A model generated the notes under the pieces. The model had not been told where the DNA came from, did not search any database, and worked only from the letters and a program-made list of their open reading frames with translations. A stretch of 64,000 nucleotides of DNA from Auanema rhodensis (Eukaryota; Animalia; Nematoda): assembly GCA_964057225.1 (NCBI GenBank), contig OZ059895.1:23436001-23500000 (forward strand), in the 5' to 3' direction. Below, one piece after another: positions 52,401 to 64,000 of this stretch; position 1 is the stretch's first letter, and the number at the start of each line of letters is the position of its first letter. The translations under genes were made by a program, and so were the position numbers.

Positions 52401-55400
52401 AATGCATCATTTTTCAAACGATCATAACTAATTTTTGTATTAAGCGTTTCTCAATGTAGTATAGTGCATTCGATGCGGATTTTTAAGCTGCGTCGATCTG
52501 TGTTATCAGATTTGCGCTAGCTTAAAAATGCACCGAGATATCAACTGATATATGTTCACACTTATATCCTCGATTTTCACCCTGAAGAATTAATTTTTTC
52601 GTTGAATAACAATGTCCATCGTCTTTGCCTTGAAAAAAGAAATCTAAAAACATCTACTTTTTGCTAAATTATCTTGAAATTTTTCGAAAAAATTTTTGTC
52701 AAAATGTTTTTGGAAGCAATGTTGAGTGTACATGGAAACTCAACATACACTAATGCATCATTTTTCAAACGATCATAACTAATTTTTGTATTAAGCGTTT
52801 CTCAATGTAGTATAATGCATTCGATGCGGATTTTTAAGCTGCAATGATCTGTGTTATCAGATTTGCGCTAGCTTAAAAATGCACCGAGATATCAACTGAT
52901 ATATGTTCACACTTATCTCCTCAATTTTCACCCTGAAGAATTAATTTTTTCGTTGAATAACAATGTCCATCGTCTTTGCCTTGAAAAAAGGAATCTAAAA
53001 ACATCTACTTTTTGCTAAATTATTTTGAAATTTTTCGAAAAAATTTTTGTCAAAATGTTTTTGGAAGCAATGTTGAGTGTACATGGAAACTCAACATACA
53101 CTAATGCATCATTTTTCAAACGATCATAACTAATTTTTGTATTAAGCGTTTCTCAATGTAGTATAGTGCATTCGATGCGGATTTTTAAGCTGCGTCGTTC
53201 TGTGTTATCAGATTTGCGCTAGCTTAAAAATGCACCGAGATATCAACTGATATAAGTTCACACTTATATCCTCAATTTTCACCCTGAAGAATTAATTTTT
53301 TCGTTGAATAACAATGTCCATCGTCTTTGCCTTGAAAAAAGGAATCTAAAAACATCTACTTTTTGCTAAATTATTTTGAAATTTTTCGAAAAAATTTTTG
53401 TCAAAATGTTTTTGGAAGCAATGTTGAGTGTACATGGAAACTCAACATACACTAATGCATCATTTTTCAAACGATCATAACTAATTTTTGTATTAAGCGT
53501 TTCTCAATGTAGTATAGTGCATTCGATGCAGATTGTTAAGCTGCGTCGTTCTGTGTTATCAGATTTGCGCTAGCTTGAAAATGCACCGAGATATCAACTG
53601 ATATAAGTTCACACTTATATCCTCGATTTTCACCCTGAAGAATTAATTTTTTCGTTGAATAACAATGTCCATCGTCTTTGCCTTGAAAAAAGAAATCTAA
53701 AAACATCTACTTTTTGCTAAATTATTTTGAAATTTTTCGAAAAAATTTTTGTCAAAATGTTTTTGGAAGCAATGTTGAGTGTACATGGAAACTCAACATA
53801 CACTAATGCATCATTTTTCAAACGATCATAACTAATTTTTGTATTAAGCGTTTCTCAATGTAGTATAGTGCATTCGATGCGGATTTTTAAGCTGCGTCGA
53901 TCTGTGATATCAGATTTGCGCTAGCTTAAAAATGCACCGAGATATCAACTGATATAAGTTCACACTTATATCCTCGATTTTCACCCTGAAGAATTAATTT
54001 TTTCGTTGAATAACAATGTCCATCGTCTTTGCCTTGAAAAAAGAAATCTAAAAACATCTACTTTTTGCTAAATTATTTTGAAATTTTTCGAAAAAATTTT
54101 TGTCAAAATGTTTTTAGAAGCAATGTTGAGTGTACATAGAAACTCAACATACACTAATGCATCATTTTTCAAACGATCATAACTAATTTTTGTATTAAGC
54201 GTTTCTCAATGTAGTATAGTGCATTCGATGCGGATTTTTAAGCTGCAATGATCTGTGTTATCAGATTTGCGCTAGCTTAAAAATGCACCGAGATATCAAC
54301 TGATATAAGTTCACACTTATATCCTCGATTTTCACCCTGAAGAATTAATTTTTTCGTTGAATAACAATGTCCATCGTCTTTGCCTTGAATAAAGAAATCT
54401 AAAAACATCTACTTTTTGCTAAATTATTTTGAAATTTTTCGAAAAAATTTTTGTCAAAATGTTTTTGGAAGCAATGTTGAGTGTACATGGAAACTCAACA
54501 TACACTAATGCATCATTTTTCAAACAATCATAACTAATTTTTGTATTAAGCGTTTCTCAATGTAGTATAGTGCATTCGATGCAGATTTTTAAGCTGCGTC
54601 GATCTGTGTTATCAGATTTGCGCTAGCTTAAAAATGCACCGAGATATCAACTGATATATGTTCACACTTATATCCTCGATTTTCACCCTGAAGAATTAAT
54701 TTTTTCGTTGAATAACAATGTCCATCGTCTTTGCCTTGAAAAAAGGAATCTAAAAACATCTACTTTTTGCTAAATTATTTTGAAATTTTTCGAAAAAATT
54801 TTTGTCAAAATGTTTTTGGAAGCAATGTTGAGTGTACATGGAAACTCAACATACACTAATGCATCATTTTTCAAACGATCATAACTAATTTTTGTATTAA
54901 GCAATTCTCAATGTAGTATAGTGCATTCGATGCGGATTTTTAAGCTGCGTCGATCTGTGTTATCAGATTTGCGCTAGCTTAAAAATGCACCGAGATATCA
55001 ACTGATATATGTTCACACTTATATCCTCGATTTTCACCCTGAAGAATTAATTTTTTCGTTGAATAACAATGTTCATCGTCTTTGCCTTGAAAAAAGGAAT
55101 CTAAAAACATCTACTTTTTGCTAAATTATTTTGAAATTTTTCGAAAAAATTTTTGTCAAAATGTTTTTGGAAGCAATGTTGAGTGTACATGGAAACTCAA
55201 CATACACTAATGCATCATTTTTCAAACGATCATAACTAATTTTTGTATTAAGCGTTTCTCAATGTAGTATAGTGCATTCGATGCGGATTTTTAAGCTGCG
55301 TCGATCTGTGTTATCAGATTTGCGCTAGCTTAAAAATGCACCGAGATATCAACTGATATAAGTTCACACTTATATCCTCGATTTTCACCCTGAAGAATTA

Positions 55401-58400
55401 ATTTTTTCGTTGAATAACAATGTCCATCGTCTTTGCCTTGAAAAAAGAAATCTAAAAACATCTACTTTTTGCTAAATTATTTTGAAATTTTTCGAAAAAA
55501 TTTTTGTCAAAATGTTTTTGGAAGCAATGTTGAGTGTACATGGAAACTCAACATACACTAATGCATCATTTTTCAAACGATCATAACTAATTTTTGTATT
55601 AAGCGTTTCTCAATGTAGTATAGTGCATTCGATGCGGATTTTTAAGCTGCGTCGATCTGTGTTATCAGATTTGCGCTAGCTTAAAAATGCACCGAGATAT
55701 CAACTGATATAAGTTCACACTTATATCCTCGATTTTCACCCTGAAGAATTAATTTTTTCGTTGAATAACAATGTCCATCGTCTTTGCCTTGAAAAAAGAA
55801 ATCTAAAAACATCTACTTTTTGCTAAATTATTTTGAAATTTTTCGAAAAAATTTTTGTCAAAATGTTTTTGGAAGCAATGTTGAGTGTACATGGAAACTC
55901 AACATACACTAATGCATCATTTTTCAAACGATCATAACTAATTTTTGTATTAAGCGTTTCTCAATGTAGTATAATGCATTCGATGCGGATTTTTAAGCTG
56001 CAATGATCTGTGTTATCAGATTTGCGCTAGCTTAAAAATGCACCGAGATATCAACTGATATATGTTCACACTTATCTCCTCAATTTTCACCCTGAAGAAT
56101 TAATTTTTTCGTTGAATAACAATGTCCATCGTCTTTGCCTTGAAAAAAGGAATCTAAAAACATCTACTTTTTGCTAAATTATTTTGAAATTTTTCGAAAA
56201 AATTTTTGTCAAAATGTTTTTGGAAGCAATGTTGAGTGTACATGGAAACTCAACATACACTAATGCATCATTTTTCAAACGATCATAACTAAATTTTGTA
56301 TTAAGCGTTTCTCAATGTAGTATAGTGCATTCGATGCGGATTTTTAAGCTGCGTCGTTCTGTGTTATCAGATTTGCGCTAGCTTAAAAATGCACCGAGAT
56401 ATCAACTGATATAAGTTCACACTTATATCCTCGATTTTCACCCTGAAGAATTAATTTTTTCGTTGAATAACAATGTCCATCGTCTTTGCCTTGAAAAAAG
56501 GAATCTAAAAACATCTACTTTTTGCTAAATTATTTTGAAATTTTTCGAAAAAATTTTTGTCAAAATGTTTTTGGAAGCAATGTTGAGTGTACATGGAAAC
56601 TCAACATACACTAATGCATCATTTTTCAAACGATCATAACTAATTTTTGTATTAAGCGTTTCTCAATGTAGTATAGTGCATTCGATGCAGATTTTTAAGC
56701 TGCGTCGTTCTGTGTTATCAGATTTGCGCTAGCTTAAAAATGCACCGAGATATCAACTGATATAAGTTCACACTTATATCCTCGATTTTCACCCTGAAGA
56801 ATTAATTTTTTCGTTGAATAACAATGTCCATCGTCTTTGCCTTGAAAAAAGAAATCTAAAAACATCTACTTTTTGCTAAATTATTTTGAAATTTTTCGAA
56901 AAAATTTTTGTCAAAATGTTTTTGGAAGCAATGTTGAGTGTACATGGAAACTCAACATACACTAATGCATCATTTTTCAAACGATCATAACTAATTTTTG
57001 TATTAAGCGTTTCTCAATGTAGTATAGTGCATTCGATGCGGATTTTTAAGCTGCAATGATCTGTGTTATCAGATTTGCGCTAGCTTAAAAATGCACCGAG
57101 ATATCAACTGATATTTGTTCACACTTATCTCCTCGATTTTCACCCTGAAGAATTAATTTTTTCGTTGAATAACAATGTCCATCGTCTTTGCCTTGAAAAA
57201 AAGAATCTAAAAACATCTACTTTTTGCTAAATTATTTTGAAATTTTTCGAAAAAATTTTTGTCAAAATGTTTTTGGAAGCAATGTTGAGTGTACATGGAA
57301 ACTCAACATACACTAATGCATCATTTTTCAAACGATCATAACTAATTTTTATATTAAGCGTTTCTCAATGTAGTATAGTGCATTCGATGCGGATTTTTAA
57401 GCTGCGTCGATCTGTGTTATCAGATTTGCGCTAGCTTAAAAATGCACCGAGATATCAACTGATATATGTTCACACTTATATCCTCGATTTTCACCCTGAA
57501 GAATCAATTTTTTCGTTGAATAACAATGTCCATCGTCTTTGCCTTGAAAAAAGGAATCTAAAAACATCTACTTTTTGCTAAATTATTTTGAAATTTTTCG
57601 AAAAAATTTTTGTCAAAATGTTTTTGGAAGCAATGTTGAGTGTACATGGAAACTCAACATACACTAATGCATCATTTTTCAAACGATCATAACTAATTTT
57701 TGTATTGAGCGTTTCTCAATGTAGTATAAGGCATTCGATGCGGATTTTTAAGCTGCGTCGATCTGTGTTATCAGATTTGCGCTAGCTTAAAAATGCACCG
57801 AGATATCAACTGATATAAGTTCACACTTATATCCTCGATTTTCACCCTGAAGAATTAATTTTTTCGTTGAATAACAATGTCCATCGTCTTTGCCTTGAAA
57901 AAACAAATCTAAAAACATCTACTTTTTGCTAAATTATTTTGAAATTTTTCGAAAAAATTTTTGTCAAAATGTTTTTGGAAGCAATGTTGAGTGTACATGG
58001 AAACTCAACATACACTAATGCATCATTTTTCAAACGATCATAACTAATTTTTGTATTAGGCGTTTCTCAATGTAGTATAGTGCATTCGATGCGGATTTTT
58101 AAGCTGCGTCGATCTGTTTTATCAGATTTGCGCTAGCTTAAAAATGCACCGAGATATCAACTGATATATGTTCACACTTATATCCTCGATTTTCACCCTG
58201 AAGAATTAATTTTTTTGTTGAATAACAATGTCCATCGTCTTTGCCTTGAAAAAACAAATCTAAAAACATCTACTTTTTGCTAAATTATTTTGAAATTTTT
58301 CGAAAAAATTTTTGTCAAAATGTTTTTGGAAGCAATGTTGAGTGTACATGGAAACTCAACATACACTAATGCATCATTTTTCAAACGATCATAACTAATT

Positions 58401-60659
58401 TTTGTATTAAGAGTTTCTCCATGTAGTATAGTGCATTCGATGCGGATTTTTAAGCTGCGTCGATCTGTGTTATCAGATTTGTGCTAGCTTAAAAATGCAC
58501 CGAGATATCAACTGATATAAGTTCACACTTAGATCCTCGATTTTCACCCTGAAGCATTAATTTTTTTGTTGAATAACAATGTCCATCGTCTTTGCCTTGA
58601 AAAAACAAATCTAAAAACATCTACTTTTTGCTAAATTATTTTGAAATTTTTCGAAAAAATTTTTGTCAAAATGTTTTTGGAAGCAATGTTGAGTGTACAT
58701 GGAAACTCAACATACACTAATGCATCATTTTTCAAACGATCATAACTAATTTTTATATTAAGCGTTTCTCAATGTAGTATAGTGCATTCGATGCGGATTT
58801 TTAAGCTGCGTCGATCTGTGTTATCAGATTTGCGCTAGCTTAAAAATGCACCGAGATATCAACTGATATAAGTTCACACTTAGATCCTCGATTTTCACCC
58901 TGAAGAATTAATTTTTTTGTTGAATAACAATGTCCATCGTCTTTGCCTTGAAAAAACAAATCTAAAAACATCTACTTTTTGCTAAATTATTTTGAAATTT
59001 TTCGAAAAAATTTTTGTCAAAATGTTTTTGGAAGCAATGTTGAGTGTACATGGAAACTCAACATACACTAATGCATCATTTTTCAAACGATCATAACTAA
59101 TTTTTGTATTAAGCGTTTCTCAATGTAGTATAGTGCATTCGATGCGGATTTTTAAGCTGCGTCGATCTGTTTTATCAGATTTGCGCTAGCTTAAAAATGC
59201 ACCGAGATATCAACTGATATAAGTTCCCACTTATATCCTCGATTTTCACCCTGAAGAATTAATTTTTTCGTTGAATAACAATGTCCATCGTCTTTGCCTT
59301 GAAAAAAGGAATCTAAAAACATCTACTTTTTGCTAAATTATTTTGAAATTTTTCGAAAAAATTTTTGTCAAAATGTTTTTGGAAGCAATGTTGAGTGTAC
59401 ATGGAAACTCAACATACACTAATGCATCATTTTTCAAACGATCATAACTAATTTTTGTATTAAGCGTTTCTCAATGTAGCATAGTGCATTCGATGCGGAT
59501 TTTTAAGCTGCATCGATCTGTGTTATCAGATTTGCGCTAGCTTAAAAATGCACCTAGATATCAACTGATATAAGTTCACACTTATATCCTCGATTTTCAC
59601 CCTGAAGAATTAATTTTTTCGTTGAATAACAATGTCCATCGTCTTTGCCTTGAAAAAAGAAATCTAAAAACATCTACTTTTTGCTAAATTATTTTGAAAT
59701 TTTTCGAAAAAATTTTTGTCAAAATGTTTTTGGAAGCAATGTTGAGTGTACATGGAAACTCAACATACACTAATGCATCATTTTTCAAACGATCATAACT
59801 AATTTTTATATTAAGCGTTTCTCAATGTAGTATAGTGCATTCGATGCGGATTTTTGAGCTGCGTCGATCTGTGTTATCAGATTTGCGCTAGCTTAAAAAT
59901 GCACCGAGATATCAACTGATATAAGTTCACACTTAGATCCTCGATTTTCACCCTGAAGAATTAATTTTTTTGTTGAATAACAATGTCCATCGTCTTTGCC
60001 TTGAAAAAACAAATCTAAAAACAACTACTTTTCGCTAAATTATTTTGAAATTTTTCGAAAAAATTTTTGTCAAAATGTTTTTGGAAGCAATGTTGAGTGT
60101 ACATGGAAACTCAACATACACTAATGCATCATTTTTCAAACGATCATAACTAATTTTTGTATTAAGCGTTTCTCAATGTAACATAGTGCATTCGATGCGG
60201 ATTTTTAAGCTGCATCGATCTGTGTTATCAGATTTGCGCTAGCTTAAAAATGCACCTAGATATCAACTGATATAAGTTCACACTTATATCCTCGATTTTC
60301 ACCCTGAAGAATTAATTTTTTCGTTGAATAACAATGTCCATCGTCTTTGCCTTGAAAAAAGAAATCTAAAAACATCTACTTTTTGCTAAATTATTTTGAA
60401 ATTTTTCGAAAAAATTTTTGTCAAAATGTTTTTGGAAGCAATGTTGAGTGTACATGGAAACTCAACATACACTAATGCATCATTTTTCAAACGATCATAA
60501 CTAATTTTTATATTAAGCGTTTCTCAATGTAGTATAGTGCATTCGATGCGGATTTTTAAGCTGCGTCGATCTGTGTTATCAGATTTGCGCTAGCTTAAAA
60601 ATGCACCGAGATATCAACTGATATAAGTTCACACTTAGATCCTCGATTTTCACCCTGAA

Positions 60660-60671
60660 GAATTATTTTTG
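60660..60671. other. Out-of-register junction: net loss of 100 bp fusing pos 286 of M173 to pos 36 of M174
   Basis: Reads CACCCTGAAGAATTA|TTTTTGTCAAAATG instead of ...GAATTAATTTTTTCGTTG. The monomer start expected at 61082 is found at 60982. Confidence 0.95.
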
Positions 60672-63600
60672 TCAAAATGTTTTTGGAAGCAATGTTGAGT
60701 GTACATGGAAACTCAACATACACTAATGCATCATTTTTCAAACGATCATAACTAATTTTTGTATTAAGCGTTTCTCCATGTAGTATAGTGCATTCGATGC
60801 GGATTTTTAAGCTGCGTCGATCTGTGTTATCAGATTTGCGCTAGCTTAAAAATGCACCGAGATATCAACTGATATAAGTTCACACTTATATCCTCGATTT
60901 TCACCCTGAAGAATTAATTTTTTCGTTGAATAACATTGTCCATCGTCTTTGCCTTGAAAAAAGGAATCTAAAAACATCTACTTTTTGCTAAATTATTTTG
61001 AAATTTTTCGAAAAAATTTTTGTCAAAATGTTTTTGGAAGCAATGTTGAGTGTACATGGAAACTCAACATACACTAATGCATCATTTTTCAAACGATCAT
61101 AACTAATTTTTGTATTAAGCGTTTCTCAATGTAGTATAGTGCATTCGATGCGGATTTTTAAGCTGCGTCGATCTGTGTTATCAGATTTGCGCTAGCTTAA
61201 AAATGCACCGAGATATCAACTGATATATGTTCACACTTATATCCTCGATTTTCACCCTGAAGAATTAATTTTTTCGTTGAATAACAATGTCCATCGTCTT
61301 TGCCTTGAAAAAAGGAATCTAAAAACATCTACTTTTTGCTAAATTATTTTGAAATTTTTCGAAAAAATTTTTGTCAAAATGTTTTTGGAAGCAATGTTGA
61401 GTGTACATGGAAACTCAACATACACTAATGCATCATTTTTCAAACGATCATAACTAATTTTTGTATTAAGCGTTTCTCCATGTAGTATAGTGCATTCGAT
61501 GCGGATTTTTAAGCTGCGTCGATCTGTGTTATCAGATTTGCGCTAGCTTAAAAATGCACCGAGATATCAACTGATATAAGTTCACACTTATATCCTCGAT
61601 TTTCACCCTGAAGAATTAATTTTTTCGTTGAATAACATTGTCCATCGTCTTTGCCTTGAAAAAAGAAATCTAAAAACATCTACTTTTTGCTAAATTATTT
61701 TGAAATTTTTCGAAAAAATTTTTGTCAAAATGTTTTTGGAAGCAATGTTGAGTGTACATGGAAACTCAACATACACTAATGCATCATTTTTCAAACGATC
61801 ATAACTAATTTTTGTATTAAGCGTTTCTCCATGTAGTATAGTGCATTCGATGCGGATTTTTAAGCTGCGTCGATCTGTGTTATCAGATTTGCGCTAGCTT
61901 AAAAATGCACCGAGATATCAACTGATATAAGTTCACACTTATATCCTCGATTTTCACCCTGAAGAATTAATTTTTTCGTTGAATAACATTGTCCATCGTC
62001 TTTGCCTTGAAAAAAGGAATCTAAAAACATCTACTTTTTGCTAAATTATTTTGAAATTTTTCGAAAAAATTTTTGTCAAAATGTTTTTGGAAGCAATGTT
62101 GAGTGTACATGGAAACTCAACATACACTAAGGCATCATTTTTCAAACGATCATAACTAATTTTTGTATTAAGCGTTTCTCAATGTAGTATAGTGCATTCG
62201 ATGCAGATTTTTAAGCTGCGTCGATCTGTGTTATCAGATTTGCGCTAGCTTAAAAATGCACCGAGATATCAACTGATATAAGTTCACACTTATATCCTCG
62301 ATTTTCACCCTGAAGAATCAATTTTTTCGTTGAATAACATTGTCCATCGTCTTTGCCTTGAAAAAAGGAATCTAAAAACATCTACTTTTTGCTAAATTAT
62401 TTTGAAATTTTTCGAAAAAATTTTTGTCAAAATGTTTTTGGAAGCAATGTTGAGTGTACATGGAAACTCAACATACACTAATGCATCATTTTTCAAACGA
62501 TCATAACTAATTTTTGTATTAAGCGTTTCTCCATGTAGTATAGTGCATTCGATGCGGATTTTTAAGCTGCGTCGATCTGTGTTATCAGATTTGCGCTAGC
62601 TTAAAAATGCACCGAGATATCAACTGATATAAGTTCACACTTATATCCTCGATTTTCACCCTGAAGAATTAATTTTTTCGTTGAATAACATTGTCCATCG
62701 TCTTTGCCTTGAAAAAAGGAATCTAAAAACATCTACTTTTTGCTAAATTATTTTGAAATTTTTCGAAAAAATTTTTGTCAAAATGTTTTTGGAAGCAATG
62801 TTGAGTGTACATGGAAACTCAACATACACTAATGCATCATTTTTCAAACGATCATAACTAATTTTTGTACTAAGCGTTTCTCAATGTAGTATAGTGCATT
62901 CGATGCGGATTTTTAAGCTGCGTCGATCTGTGTTATCAGATTTGCGCTAGCTTAAAAATGCACCGAGATATCAACTGATATATGTTCACACTTATATCCT
63001 CGATTTTCACCCTGAAGAATTAATTTTTTCGTTGAATAACAATGTCCATCGTCTTTGCCTTGAAAAAAGGAATCTAAAAACATCTACTTTTTGCTAAATT
63101 ATTTCGAAATTTTTCGAAAAAATTTTTGTCAAAATGTTTTTGGAAGCAATGTTGAGTGTACATGGAAACTCAACATACACTAATGCATCATTTTTCAAAC
63201 GATCATAACTAATTTTTGTATTAAGCGTTTCTCCATGTAGTATAGTGCATTCGATGCGGATTTTTAAGCTGCGTCGATCTGTGTTATCAGATTTGCGCTA
63301 GCTTAAAAATGCACCGAGATATCAACTGATATAAGTTCACACTTATATCCTCGATTTTCACCCTGAAGAATTAATTTTTTCGTTGAATAACATTGTCCAT
63401 CGTCTTTGCCTTGAAAAAAGGAATCTAAAAACATCTACTTTTTGCTAAATTATTTTGAAATTTTTCGAAAAAATTTTTGTCAAAATGTTTTTGGAAGCAA
63501 TGTTGAGTGTACATGGAAACTCAACATACACTAATGCATCATTTTTCAAACAATCATAACTAATTTTTGTATTGAGCGTTTCTCAATGTAGTATAGTGCA

Positions 63601-64000
63601 TTCGATGCAGATTTTTAAGCTGCGTCGATCTGTGTTATCAGATTTGCGCTAGCTTAAAAATGCACCGAGATATCAACTGATATAAGTTCACACTTATATC
63701 CTCGATTTTCACCCTGAAGAATTAATTTTTTCGTTGAATAACAATGTCCATCGTCTTTGCCTTGAAAAAAGAAATCTAAAAACATCTACTTTTTGCTAAA
63801 TTATTTTGAAATTTTTCGAAAAAATTTTTGTCAAAATGTTTTTGGAAGCAATGTTGAGTGTACATGGAAACTCAACATACACTAATGCATCATTTTTCAA
63901 ACGATCATAACTAATTTTTGTATTAAGCGTTTCTCCATGTAGTATAGTGCATTCGATGCGGATTTTTAAGCTGCGTCGATCTGTGTTATCAGATTTGCGC

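Larger units (their letters stand above)
1..64000. repeat. Tandem satellite DNA array, 351-bp AT-rich monomer, ~182.6 copies, head-to-tail, continuing past both window ends
   Basis: TTTTTGCTAAATTATTTTGAAA recurs at 1, 352, 703 ... 7021 (=1+20x351). The register holds to 60380 (=1+172x351+7 single-base insertions) and, after a 100-bp loss, at 60982 and 63790. Copies differ by a handful of substitutions; no unique sequence anywhere. Confidence 0.99.

Noticed and set aside
1-64000. CRISPR-like or other repeat-spacer array
   Set aside because: The entire 351-bp unit is repeated. There are no unique spacers, leader or cas genes, and variation is limited to point changes.
1-64000. Inversions or transposon insertions within the array
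   Set aside because: All monomers read in the same orientation, and the register arithmetic accounts for every base (seven +1 insertions, one -100 junction).

Overview
The whole 64-kb window is one uninterrupted, head-to-tail array of an AT-rich (~69% A+T, hand count) 351-bp satellite DNA monomer. It holds 182 monomers (two fused by an out-of-register 100-bp junction at ~60665) plus a 211-bp partial, all in one orientation and differing by only a few substitutions each. This is typical of eukaryotic (peri)centromeric or heterochromatic satellite DNA; I cannot name the family or species. There are no credible genes, RNA genes, transposon insertions or CRISPR spacers, and the single 75-aa ORF is a chance product of two stop-removing point variants. 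I do not see a new gene-based system here. The interesting signal is structural. (1) The monomer contains four dyad symmetries covering about half its length, and one has apparently invariant stems. (2) Shared variants reveal recent 2- to 6-monomer tandem duplications and a degenerate ~23-monomer (~8.1 kb) higher-order repeat. (3) The 60665 junction coincides with an abrupt switch of variant haplotypes. (4) Variants are biased towards C>T/G>A changes, especially at CpG. Monomers are numbered M1, M2... from window base 1 and 'pos' is the position within a monomer in that arbitrary phase. All variant tallies were made by eye and need computational confirmation.
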